A stretch of DNA of 64,000 bases from Felis catus (taxonomy: Eukaryota): contig NC_058368.1 in the NCBI RefSeq assembly GCF_018350175.1, positions 141,362,001 to 141,426,000 on the forward strand, in the 5' to 3' direction. The translations under genes and the position numbers were made by a program. Shown here piece by piece: positions 1 to 11,748 of the stretch (positions are counted from its first letter, which is position 1; every line of letters begins with the position of its first letter). Below the pieces are notes generated by a model. It had not been told where the DNA came from. It searched no databases and saw nothing but the letters and a program-made list of their open reading frames with translations.

Positions 1-993
1 AAAATAAAATTAGTGGGCCAACTAAGACACTTTGTAAATTACATAATTAATAGAAAATGTACTACTGCTGACACTAAAAACTATCTTAAATAAATGTAAT
101 TTATTTTAATCCTTACATATTTAGGTAAGGTAGAAGAGAACAATACAAGGTGAGTCTAAAAACCCAAGTTCTAAATGTGGCTCTGTTACTAGCCATCTAG
201 TCCTCAAAAAGTCATTTAACCTCTCTGTATCTTGGATTTCTCATGCACTAGATGAAAAAGCCAATAATAAATGTGTACGAATTTAAAAAAGACATCAAAC
301 ATTATCTTTGAGTCTCTGGCATTATTCTGAGCTCCTAGTATTATTCCAAATTAATGGTATTAAAACCTCCAGTATTTCTAATTTAGGAATACAAAGATGA
401 GTTAGTTATGATTTAATGATTCTATTTACCAAATAAGCCAGGACAGAAATATCTAATAATTAGATGAACAATCTCTTAGAAATAAAAAATTACCAGCAGT
501 CATACATGTAAACTTTATTTTGTCTTGGTTCCAAGACCAAGTTCTATAGTCTATTAACGGACTACTAATAATGGGACAGTTAAAGCTGTACTATTTCCAT
601 GACCTTCTTTTCCATCCCTTTCCCTCCTCTTTCCAATTTCATTCAAACTACATAAGAAACAGAGACATTAAGGAGTGAAGATTCTTGACACTAACTCTGC
701 ATGCCATCCTAACAGAGTCAACTGAACTTGAGACCACAGGGCTGTCCGCTCTAACTTAATCTGCCCGAGTGTCTGTGATTCATCTATGCAACAAACAAGA
801 TATTTGTGCACAGCTGGAATTTTTCACTTAAAACAAAATACTGGCATTCAGCTACGTCAGTGTAGTTTATCACTATAAATTTATCACTATATATTCTCAA
901 ACAGGTCACTCAGAATGTTTCACACAAAACAAGCTCAATGATATACAGGGATGGATTTTCATCCTATGTTAGTATCAAAAGTCACTTAGTATA

Positions 994-1183
994 GGGGCAC
1001 CTGGGTGGCTCAGTCAGCTAAGCGTCTGACTGCAGCTCAGATCATGATCTCATGGTTTGTGGGTTTGAGCCCCGCATCAGGGTCTGTGCTGACAGCTTAG
1101 TCTGGAGCCTGCTTTGGATTCTGTGTCTCCCTCTTCTCTGCCCCTCCCCCCCACACACACACTCTGTGTCTCTCAAAAAAAAA
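994..1183 (+). mobile_element. CanSINE
   Basis: tRNA-derived head GGGGCACCTGGGTGGCTCAG, CT tract, poly(A); TSD AAAAGTCACTTAGTA. Confidence 0.92.
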
Positions 1184-3263
1184 AAAAGTCACTTAGTAGG
1201 AACTCCCATTCTTATATCTGTCTACCTTCCCTCACAAGTACTAATAATTTGTGATTACCATACCATGCTGTCAACACAAGAAAAGGAATAAAATGGAGGA
1301 GCACCAGAGCCTTTTGCCAGAAAATATAAACTAGGTTATCTTGTATGTCTGTGTTAGAAAACCTTCTGCTCAGGCATTCAGATCTCTTTTTCATTCATTA
1401 TCAGATTCTCTGTTATTCATTATTCACATCTATGGGAATTCTGTCCTACCATTCTAAGGTTGCCTGTGGCCACCTCCATGAAAATGCACTTCTCCTATGA
1501 AATACAAACCCAGAACTAGCCACATCTTCCACTGGTAATTGGTAGTAAAAGAAACAGGGCTGAGAGTGGAGCTGGGAACCGTACAACATAATAATTTCAG
1601 GATCACTGAAATCTTCAGGACAGCAAACCTACCTATGTACAAAATAGAGACTGTCACAATATCATTTTCAAATTTTAACAGACTACTTGACCATATAGGA
1701 TTCCTCAAAATGCTTATAGCTTATTTATTATATGTAATGTAATTTTATAGTCAGGGAGTTAATAAAGTAAAAACTACTATGGGTTTCCTGTAATTTTCAT
1801 TAACAATATTTTTGCTTTAGATTTCCATTTTCTTTCCCTTAAGAAGTTGGCAAAGAAATATTTTCTGGTTCAACTGTTACAAGCTAAGCTTCTTTGCATA
1901 TTGCACAGCAGAAGGGCCATGAAGCTAAGACCTCTTCAGTAACATCCTATCACCTTCAATAAGGAACCGTGCTGGATCAATGACACCAATGTTTTACCAC
2001 TAAAACAGAACAAGTAGGCATGACCAGTGTAATGGGCAAGGACAATGCTTGCTTTTCTTAGCAGCTCCAGGGCCCTTGAGTTTAAGACTCTGTGTCAGAG
2101 GGTCTCCCAAACAAGAACTTGTCTTCTGTGCTGCCATCCATGGCTAGAAGAAAAGAGAACCCCCAGAGAAAAATCAAAGGGCGTTCCCAACATGTTAACT
2201 TCTATCACCACAGACAATCTGGTCCTTAGAAAGACTTGTAGTAAGTAAGACTTGTGTAAGAAGATGGCTATTAGGCAAGAGCCTTTTGGAGCTGGGAAGG
2301 ACATTCACACATGTATCTGAGCATGTGATTAAATGGCATAAAAATGGAGAATACATTTGGTGCTATCTGTGCCCCTCTTTCCTTTTGCCTCAAGGTTATA
2401 CAAAGTATTCTTCAAAAAGAGCCAACCCAGGTCTCAGGTCTGGGAGTGCAGTCCAGTCCTCCCACTACATTACATTCATGGCATCCTCACAAAACTCTTA
2501 CGGTTTCCTTCAGATTATCAAACTGAAGCCACCAAGGACTCTTCTTGTGTGACCCCGGAATACCAATTAACCAGCAGAGTTCTGATGATACAAGGCATCA
2601 TTTTACTTCAAAGTGAGCCAACCAAATCCCAGGACTGGTAGTGTCTGATCCTATTCTGTCATCTGATGACAGATTCCAGGAGACATGATTAAAATCACTG
2701 TGAAGCCAAATAAGATGTCTGGCAAGTCAAAACATACAACCATGAGGATGGATGGGCAGATATGACCCAATTTTTGCAGACCTTTACTTTATCTTGGTGT
2801 TATTCTCTGGAAGTCTTCAATCATGATTGCAATCCACTTGAATTCTGCTCCTTCCGATCTAAATGTATAACTTGCTACGTAGTATTATACTGTGTGGTCT
2901 ACAAAAGAGGAACTGGCCAGAACCATCTGCCAAAAATGCTGAAATGCTACTAGGCATTAGTATTTATAGCCTATGACAGTCATCTCACAGCTATCACACA
3001 GCACCTGAGATAATTATGCTTCCCCCATCATCTTTTTTCTCTGCCCCACTCTATTCTTCTTGGACCTATATCTTAGACCTATCTATAAAACTTGATCAAT
3101 TCTACTGGAATAAACCCCACAGTATATTAGACTGCTGACCTGTACTAGTCTAAAGCATTATTTTAATGATGGTTATTACAGAACTCTAGAACAAAATAAG
3201 ACCAAAGTTCTGTCAACAAGTGCAAAATTTTACATAATATAAACAAATACACAGTAAGCTTAC

Positions 3264-3374
3264 CATTGACATTAACCAAGGAGAGAATATTATCCTGGTG
3301 ATCAAGGAGGCGCTTAATTTCAAGAATATCCCATTCCAGTGATTCTCCTGTTGGTGTTACCAACCTGAAAATTA
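3264..3374 (-). CDS. WDR41: WDR41 exon 8 (I-IFRLVTPTGESLEWDILEIKRLLDHQDNILSLVNVN); gene continues past the left window edge
   Basis: 111 nt; TTTAG acceptor; G|GTAAGC donor; contained in ORF 3163..3414. Confidence 0.96.
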
Positions 3375-5404
3375 CTAAATGAAAATACAGATATGATTTT
3401 ATTAAAATGGTCAAAGAAGATGGAATTCTATTTCTGGTGGGAAAAAAAAAGCTAGTATTTCATTAAGTGAGAAAGATCTAAAATATTGAAAAACCCAACT
3501 CCAAAGAAAGCCTTATTCATACCACAGTATTTCTTTCAAATGCTTGAGATGTTTGAGATGATCTACTAAAATCCCAAATAAGTGTGTCTTTACAAGTGTT
3601 CTTTTATTAAAACTCTTCTAAACCCATTACCAACCAGAAATCCCCATCTTCTCTGGGGCTTCAGGGTATATCTGGCTAACCCGCCTCCCTCTCTCCCTGG
3701 TCAGTGACTGGTCCACATTCCAGAGTTATCTCCATCATCATCATTCTCTACTCATGTTCTCAGGTCAGTATGCACTGCTACAAAATAAGCTACAAATTCA
3801 CGTTTAACTTCCACTCAGTAAAGACGTGAGAAGCTATTTTTTTTTAACTTTTCCTTATATTAGGTATAAACTATTAAATTATATGTTCTCTGAGAACATA
3901 CCTTATAATTTTTCTATGTCAATATTCAATGTGTTGCTTTAATATACTTTTGACTATAAGAGATGTTCAATGTGTTGCTTTACTCATTGTCTGACATTAA
4001 TAGTTTTATTTAAACTGGTATAAATCCTAACTTTAATCAATACAGAAAACCAAAAATCAAATCAACAGGAGTGATTCTATCAACATTTACTAAATATCTT
4101 TTATGTTCCAGCAACTTAGATATTAAATGTGAATAAGGCCCAGTCACTGCCCTGAAATGCATTCTTGAGTGGGAGTGAGACTTATAAACAAGCTTATAAT
4201 CAATGTATTAAGGGCTAGAAATAAGCCAATGTACCAAGTACTATGGATGCTCACAGATTAGGATCACTAATATCTGAGAAGTGGGAAGGTCTCAGAAGTC
4301 AGATCCTTTCCAGGTGGTGGCTAATTACTAAAGTCTCTCTTTTTATTTTTTTACATTCCTCTCTGGAAAATGGGTCATACCACATTCCTTTGTATCTCTC
4401 TGGATAATATTTTACCAACTGATGAATCTCTAGAAAAAGTTATTTCATCCTGACAGCCGTTCACATTCAAACTGTGGCTGGCAAAAGAAGGTCTTTCATT
4501 AAATAAAAGAACTCTTCCTGATACCTGTCCAACTTGTGTAAAAATTCTACTTATAGTTGGAATACTACTAAATGATCTTGAGATTGGGAATATGGAATAA
4601 TGGGCAATGTATTATTTAATCAAACTAACAAAAAGTAACCTCAGATACGGACAAAAAAAACCTTACAAAGGAGGCTTCCACAAAGAACTACCAAGTACTG
4701 GAGATAATGTGAAACTGTTCAGTGAATCCATAAATATGGCCCCTACAGACAAGTATTCATAGGGTCACCTATGTAGTAACTTCAAGGAAATAAAACAAAT
4801 ATAAATTAGATCCTAAGACAAAAAAGAAGGAATAGTGAATTCTAAAAAAGGGTTAAGAACAAAAGCCTGGTTTTGTGAACCAAGATGAGGTGTCAGAGCT
4901 GACAACCTTGCTGATTAGCCTCACAGTTACATGAGTACTCACAAGCTGTATTTCCTGGTGAAAGTAGCCCGGCCTCACATAGAAAAAGAGAAATTAGTAT
5001 GGATCATTTCAAACCAAGGAAATGGGCACAAGCTTGGTCTTGGAAATAGAAAAGATACTCTATTTACGAGAATGAAATGTATTTTTATGTAAAAAAAAAT
5101 GGCACTATATTTTATAATGAAACTAATAAAATGCAAAACCTTGTTTTTAAGAATACATATTTTTTACAAATTATTTCCTGAATATAACCAATTCTCATTT
5201 CTTCCTTTTTTTTTTTTACATGATATTCTAACTTCTGTTGAGGCATTAGTAATACTTTTATTACCACATAAATGAACTGACTCAATTACTCACTCATTCA
5301 ATAAAAATCTCCCATCTTTTAACAGAAAGGTGAATAAAAAGCTTTAGTTGTCAAGGAGCTCACATTCTGCAAGGGAAGGGCAAGGAAAGAACAAAAAGCA
5401 AAGA

Positions 5405-6931
5405 TGGCACAAAAACAGACACATAGACCAATGGAATAGAATAGAAACCCCAGAACTAGACCCACAAACGTATGGCCAACTCATCTTTGACAAAGCAGGA
5501 AAGAACATCCAATGGAAAAAAGACAGCCTCTTTAACAAATGGTGCTGGGAGAACTGGACAGCAACATGCAGAAGGGTGAAACTAGACCACTTTCTCACAC
5601 CATTCACAAAAATAAACTCAAAATGGATAAAGGACCTCAATGTGAGACAGGAAACCATCAAAACCTTAGAGGAAAAGCAGGAAAAGACCTCTCTGACCTC
5701 AGCCGTAGCAATCTCTTACTCGACACATCCCCAAAGGCAAGGGAATTAAAAGCAAAAGTGAATTACTGGGACCTTATGAAGATAAAAAGCTTCTGCACAG
5801 CAAAGGAAACAACCAACAAAACTAAAAGGCAACCAACGGAATGGGAAAAGATATTCGCAAATGACATATCGGACAAAGGGCTAGTATCCAAAATCTATAC
5901 AGAGCTCACCAAACTCCACACCCGAAAAACAAATAGCCCAGTGAAGAAATGGGCAGAAAACATGAATAGACACTTCTCTAAAGAAGACATCCGGATGGCC
6001 AACAGGCACATGAAAAGATGTTCAGCGTTGCTCCTTATCAGGGAAATACAAATCAAAACCACACTCAGGTATCACCTCACGCCAGTCAGAGTGGCCAAAA
6101 TGAACAAATCAGGAGACTATAGATGCTGGAGAGGATGTGGAGAAACGGGAACCCTCTTGCACTGTTGGTGGGAATGCAAATTGGTGCAGCTGCTCTGGAA
6201 AGCAGTGTGGAGGTTCCTCAGAAAATTAAAAATAGACCTACCCTATGACCCAGCAATAGCACTGCTAGGAATTTATCCAAGGGATACAGGAGTACTGATG
6301 CATAGGGCCACTTGTACCCCAATGTTCATAGCAGCACTCTCAACAATAGCCAAATTATGGAAAGAGCCTAAATGTCCATCAACTGATGAATGGATAAAGA
6401 AATTGTGGTTTATATACACAATGGAATATTACGTGGCAATGAGAAAAAACGAAATATGGCCTTTTGTAGCAACGTGGATGGAACTGGAGAGTGTGATGCT
6501 AAGTGAGATAAGCCATACAGAGAAAGACAGATACCATATGGTTTCACTCTTATGTGGATCCTGAGAAACTTAACAGGAACCCATGGGGGAGGGGAAGGAA
6601 AAAAAAAAAAAAAAAGAGGTTAGAGTGGGAGAGAGCCAAAGCATAAGAGACTGTTAAAAACTGAGAACAAACTGAGGGTTGATGGGGGGTAGGAGGGAGG
6701 AGAGGGTGGGTGATGGGTATTGAGGAGGGCACCTTTTGGGATGAGCACTGGGTGTTGTATGGAAACCAATTTGTCAATAAATTTCATATAAAAAAAAAAG
6801 TACACTTATCTTAATGGGCACTAATACATGGAACTATTGAATCACTATTTGTGCATCTGAAACTAATATAATATAACACTGTATGTTGACTACACTAGGA
6901 TTAAATAAAAAATATTTTTAAAGGGGAAAAA
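5405..6931 (+). mobile_element. Young felid L1, 5'-truncated (copy A; L1 body 5405-6799 plus 3' extension 6800-6926)
   Basis: ORF2 C-terminus (WHKNRH...CWRGC...HCWWEC) with a 1-nt frameshift near 5673; G-rich 3' UTR; poly(A); perfect 19-bp TSD AAAGAACAAAAAGCAAAGA at 5386-5404 and 6932-6950. Confidence 0.95.
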
Positions 6932-7856
6932 AAAGAACAAAAAGCAAAGAGAAGTTGTTTTTTTTTTTTTTAAGTAGTAAGTGAAATGACACATAAGAAA
7001 TTACGAGAACACAGAAGAAAAACTTCTAGGAGCAGAGAGGATAGGTAAGCAAGCCTTCAGCCTCAAAAAATGTCATTCTGGAGCTCCTAAAGAGTAAGTA
7101 GGAATTAGCAACATCAAAGAGGACAATGAGTAGGGGGCAAAGACCTGATACAGAGTGACTGGAGAAATGAAGGCAAAGAGGTGAGAAACACCTCAGGTGG
7201 GAGAACCCAGGGCAATTCAGTTTTGACAAACACGTGATACAGGACTCAGAGGAGAGAGGAGGAAGAGAAAAAAGAACTGAATGTGATCTGCTGAAAAGTC
7301 TAGACTTTATCTTACTGGTGGTCTTATATTGGTCCCCCAGAGCAAAGATTTCATTCATGTAAGGCAAAAATGGGAAAAAATAAGGGCCACATACATTTTG
7401 TACAAAAATGTATTCAGTTTAAAGTCCTATTCTTTGCTAAGATCACATTTTTCATACTTTTTTATTAAAAAGTAGTTTTTACAAAATGATGATGGTAAAT
7501 GATAGTTTTTTTGTATTTAATGATTTTACTAAGTAAAATACAAATTTGGCAACTCTCAGTTGATCTCCAAAAAGATGAACTATCATACGAGTCAGAAATT
7601 TGAGAGTCTAGAAATGACTGCTATAGACAAAGGAAGCAGGGGAGTAGCCTGCCTTTTAGAGAGATCACCCCTAACACCTCCTGGGAAATGTATCGGAGAA
7701 GCCCTAACCTAGAGGAGGAGAAGGCACTGGAGAAGCACTACAGTAGAGGAAGGAAGATAAAGTTTGGAGGTTAGCACAACACAACAGGCAAGAGGGGAGA
7801 TGAGAGCCTGAACTGAGCAACAGTAGTGAGACGGAAAGAAGAGAAAGTACTTAAGG

Positions 7857-8047
7857 CAGGAGTCCTCAAAGTACGGCCTACAGGCCAGCAACCCTAGCAC
7901 CACCAAAACACCTGTTAGAAATGCAGAAACTCGGACCATACTCCAGACCCACTGAATCAGAAACTCTAGGGGTAAGACCGAGTAATGTGTGTTTTTTAAC
8001 AAACCATTCAAGTCATTTTAATGCACACTAAAATCTGAGAACCATTG
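7857..8047. mobile_element. MER5A-like hAT-Charlie element
   Basis: CTCAAAGT...TGTTAGAAATGCAGA...CTGAATCAGAAACTCT...TGAGAACCATTG. Confidence 0.75.
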
Positions 8048-8446
8048 AGTTAGCAGTAAAATCAGCAAAACTCAAAGTGACTGGCTCACTACAAGAGGAG
8101 AAAGCCAGGGAGAAGCTAGGCTTCTTTCCAGCTTGATCGAAAACATGAGAAAACTAAATTTCTGCAAGGAAGAGAAAATAAACTAAACACAAAATTCTAA
8201 CACCTTTTGAAACTACTCTATGGAAAGAAAGGGTAATAAGCACAGTGTTTAGAAAATTACTTCTCTGACATGATTACACATGGCAAGGTCAGTTGAAGAA
8301 AGAGAAACTTGGCTGCAAAGCCATGGAGTCTGCAAACAGCAGTTAATAAATGGTAAACAATTAGCCCATGTCTTACTGGCATTTGCAAATATGCCAACTG
8401 ATGGTCACAGCAAATCTCATATCTGGCCTATGGAGAAAGTAGCACA

Positions 8447-9848
8447 TGGCACAAAAACAGACACATAGACCAATGGAATAGAATAGAAACCCCAGAACTA
8501 GACCCACAAACGTATGGCCAACTCATCTTTGACAAAGCAGGAAAGAATATCCAATGGAAAAAAGACAGTCTCTTTAACAGATGGTGCTGGGAGAACTGGA
8601 CAGCAACATGCAGAAGATTGAAACTAGACCACTTTCTAACACCATTCACAAAAATAAACTCAAAATGGATTAAGGACCTGAATGTGAGACAGGAAACCAT
8701 CAAAACCCTAGAGGAGAAAGCAGGAAAAGACCTCTCTGACCTCAGCCGTAGCAATTTCTTACATGACACATCCCCAAAGACAAGGGAATTAAAAGCAAAA
8801 ATGAACTACTGGGACCTTATGAAGATAAAAAGCTTCTGCACAGCAAAGGAAACAACCAACAAAACTAAAAGGCAACCAACGGAATGGGAAAAGATATTTG
8901 CAAATGACATAGCAGACAAAGGGCTAGTATCCAAAATCTATACAGAGCTCACCAAACTCCACACCCAAAAAACAAATAACCCAGTGAAGAAATGGGCAGA
9001 AAACATGCATAGACACTTCTCTAAAGAAGACATCCGGATGGCCAACAGGCACATGAAAAGATGCTCAACCTCGCTCCTCATCAGGGAAATACAAATCAAA
9101 ACCACACTCAGGTATCACCTCACGCCAGTCAGAGTGGCCAAAATGAACAAATCAGGAGACTATAGATGCTGGAGAGGATGTGGAGAAACGGGAACCCTTT
9201 TGCACTGCTGGTGGGAATGCAAATTGGTGCAGCCGTTCTGGAAAACAGTGTGGAGGTTCCTCAGAAAATTAAAAATAGACCTACCCTATGACCCAGCAAT
9301 AGCACTGCTAGGAATTTATCCAAGGGATACAGGAGTACTGATGCATAGGGGCACTTGTACCCCAATGTTTATAGCAGCACTCTCAACAATAGCCAAATTA
9401 TGGAAAGAGCCTAAATGTCCATCAACTGATGAATGGATAAAGAAATTGTGGTTTATATACACAATGGAGTACTACGTGGCAATGAGAAAGAATGAAATAT
9501 GGCCCTTTGTAGCTACATGGATGGAACTGGAGAGTGTGATGCTAAGTGAAATAAGCCATACAGAGAGAGAAAGATAGCATATGTTTTCACTCTTATGTGG
9601 ATCCTGAGAAACTTAGCAGAAACTCATGGGTGAGGGGAAGGGGAAAAAAAAAAAAAGAAAAGAGGTTAGAGTGGGAGAGAGCCAAAGCATAAGAGACTGT
9701 TAAAAACTGAGAACAAACTGAGGGTTGATGGGGGGTGGGAGGGAGGGGGGGGTGGGTGATGGGTATTGAGGAGGGCACCTTTTGGGATGAGCACTGGGTG
9801 TTGTATGGAAACCAATTTGACAATAAAATTCATATATTGAAAAAAAAA
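8447..9848 (+). mobile_element. Young felid L1, 5'-truncated (copy B)
   Basis: ORF2 C-terminal frame open from 8447 to a premature TAG at 9575-9577; 3' UTR and poly(A); 13-bp TSD AGAAAGTAGCACA at 8434-8446 and 9849-9861. Confidence 0.95.
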
Positions 9849-10607
9849 AGAAAGTAGCACAAGCAATATCATATGCTCTCTGGGATACATTAGAAAAATT
9901 CTTCAAGAAATAAGGAGCCTTGAAGAAGCATGCTTACTCTATCACTTCTCAGCACCCCAATTCTATTCAAAAGGCAGTAGGAACAAGAGACTTTATTTTT
10001 TACTATGGGCTCCATGGCAGTAAATGGGTTAGCTAACCATCACCAGCCAAATAGCCTTCAAACAGCAAGTTTATAATCAATTAATAAATTTACAAAATTC
10101 CTCTTGCTACCCCCTCTCTCTGCTATCCCACCACTCTGAAGGAAATGGCAGAAACTCTTCCCAAGAAAATGGGCCCCACTCTGGCTTCCCGAGCCAAAAA
10201 CACCACAGTTCCTGCCTAAGTGGCTTCCCACAGTAATCATCCTCCAACCCGTCCAAATCAAGTTTTTAGTTTCCAGAATGCTGATAGTTGCTTTCTGTGG
10301 TCAGAATTTTTGCTAAGTGTAGGACTATAGATCAGGAGCAGACAGAACTGTGGAATGTAAACGGCTTTCTCTGGCCTCAGACATATGGGGTTACCATGCC
10401 CCACTTGGCTATGTTAGACCAAGCACAGTACAAAAACTGACCTAACGTCTTGAAAATGTCTCAGTCTCCACATCGCTTCCAACAATCGCAGGTCAAGACG
10501 TGGGCAGGGGCAGATGTCCCTTAAATAAAAGTCTTTCTAAAATGTGTATACAAGTCTAGTTTTAAATTTTCTTAAAAAGAAAATAAAAGAAAAAGAGTCA
10601 TACTCAC

Positions 10608-10670
10608 TCAGTTCTTTGCCAACTGCTGCCACAACACAGTTCTTAGGTATTTCAATCAAAGCACTGATCC
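10608..10670 (-). CDS. WDR41: WDR41 exon 7 (G-ISALIEIPKNCVVAAVGKEL-I)
   Basis: 63 nt; TTTGAAG acceptor; A|GTGAGT donor; phase 1-1. Confidence 0.95.
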
Positions 10671-10996
10671 CTTCAAAAATATATATGACAAAGGTCAAAT
10701 TATTTTCTTCAAAGATTATATGAAAAATAAAACATTTTCAGATTTATGCCAGTTATTTCCCATAAAAGGGTTGTAACAATAAAGCACACACAATATACTA
10801 CATCATGGTTCCCTGCTCACCTGCACACGGAAAATGAGTCTGTGATAAGTATTAGAGACCTAAAGAAGATGCAGATTTACTAAAGGTAGGATATGCTCTG
10901 TTGACACTTTCACTATTATGGTCAACTTTTTTTAACCAGGAATCCCTAAAGATAATCACCATTTACAAGATGACTAGCTCAAAGAAGATATAAAGA

Positions 10997-11174
10997 AAAT
11001 ATTTTGTGTATGCTTCTATGGCTTGTGGGTTACATTTTTTTTTATAAGAATGGGGATAATAGCTAGTATGTTTATTCTGAAGGCAATTCAGATTATTAGT
11101 CAGTGGGAGCTTGTTATCACAATTATGGCTCCTGAAATGTGTTGATATAATAATAATGAGAATGGGGGTTTAAT
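10997..11174 (-). pseudogene. MT-ND2 5' fragment within the NUMT
   Basis: Starts with ATT directly after tRNA-Met; ND2-like SSHWLMIW and LAIIPILMKK segments (mitochondrial code); indels present. Confidence 0.85.
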
Positions 11175-11243
11175 TACTACAGGAAGGATATAAATCAACA
11201 TTTTCTGGGTATGGGTCCAATAGCATATTTAGCTGACCTTACT
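11175..11243 (-). tRNA. mt-tRNA-Met(CAT) pseudogene within the NUMT
   Basis: AGTAAGGTCAGCTAAATATGCTATTGGACCCATACCCAGAAAATGTTG... on the minus strand. Confidence 0.88.
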
Positions 11244-11244
11244 G

Positions 11245-11317
11245 TAGAATATGACATAATATGGTAGCACGAAGACTTCTAAATTCTTAGGATTAAGTTC
11301 GAGTCCTAGAATTCTAG
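11245..11317 (+). tRNA. mt-tRNA-Gln pseudogene within the NUMT (degenerate)
   Basis: Opposite strand to Ile and Met, with a 3-nt overlap with tRNA-Ile as in mtDNA; D-stem and anticodon mutated. Confidence 0.8.
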
Positions 11318-11383
11318 AAATAAGAGGATTTAAACCTCTATTATTTACTCTATCAAAGTAACTCTTTTTTCACACATATTTCT
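11315..11383 (-). tRNA. mt-tRNA-Ile(GAT) pseudogene within the NUMT
   Basis: AGAAATATGTGTGAAAAAAGAGTTACTTTGATAGAGTAAATAATAGAGGTTTAAATCCTCTTATTTCTA on the minus strand. Confidence 0.88.
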
Positions 11384-11748
11384 TATGTTTGGGGTGGAAT
11401 GCTTGCTGTGATGATGGGAAAGGATACACATCATATGCATATGGCTAGAGTGAGGGGTAGGAAATTTTTTCTTGGAAGACATACGACTTGGTGATATCGG
11501 AATCACGGGTAGGATGCTCAAATTCATAGGAAGGTGAATGTTAGGAATAGGGTTTTGACGGTAAAGTTAACGGTACATAGTTCTGGTATATATGGGTTGT
11601 GAAATCCTCCAAAGAATAGGATTATTGTGCGAATATTTAATATGATAATGTTAGCGTATTCCGCTAGGAAAAATAGGGAGAAGGGGTCTGCTGCATATTC
11701 AACGTTGAATCCGGAAACGAGATCTGATTCTCCTTCTGTTAGATTGAA
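11384..11748 (-). pseudogene. MT-ND1 3' fragment within the NUMT
   Basis: Recognisable ND1 C-terminal codons ending ...ASIPPQT and abutting tRNA-Ile. Confidence 0.9.

Larger units (their letters stand above)
10997..11748 (-). pseudogene. NUMT: mtDNA fragment ND1(3' part)-tRNAIle-tRNAGln-tRNAMet-ND2(5' part)
   Basis: Reverse complement encodes ND1-like [35 protein letters not shown], then the IQM tRNAs in mitochondrial order and orientation, then ND2-like sequence to NPQAMEAYTKYFL (mitochondrial code); degraded. Confidence 0.95.

Noticed and set aside
2655..2673. Short dyad TCTGTCATC-T-GATGACAGA (similar 9-bp-arm dyads near 50882 and 54189)
   Set aside because: Arms of 9 bp with a spacer are expected occasionally in 64 kb of AT-rich DNA; no supporting context.
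2040..2960. Cluster of short ORFs in moderately GC-rich intron 8 sequence, considered as WDR41 exon 9 or a processed pseudogene
   Set aside because: No WDR41 exon 9 peptide or other recognisable protein in any frame; it looks like decayed MIR/CR1-type sequence.
5348..9577. Long ORFs of 133, 341 and 319 aa
   Set aside because: These are L1 ORF2 C-terminal remnants (frameshift in copy A, premature stop in copy B), not host genes.
9729..9763. G-quadruplex-like G-runs (also near 6684-6717)
   Set aside because: A standard feature of L1 3' UTRs, already explained by the elements.
5405..9848. Local segmental duplication as the explanation for the twin L1s
   Set aside because: Flanks and TSDs are unrelated, the copies are about 4% diverged in the stretch I compared, and only copy A has the 3' extension.
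11279..11281. NUMT tRNA-Gln anticodon position now reads CTA, like an amber suppressor
   Set aside because: The D-stem is broken and it is a decayed mitochondrial-type tRNA with no nuclear expression context; best explained as neutral mutation.
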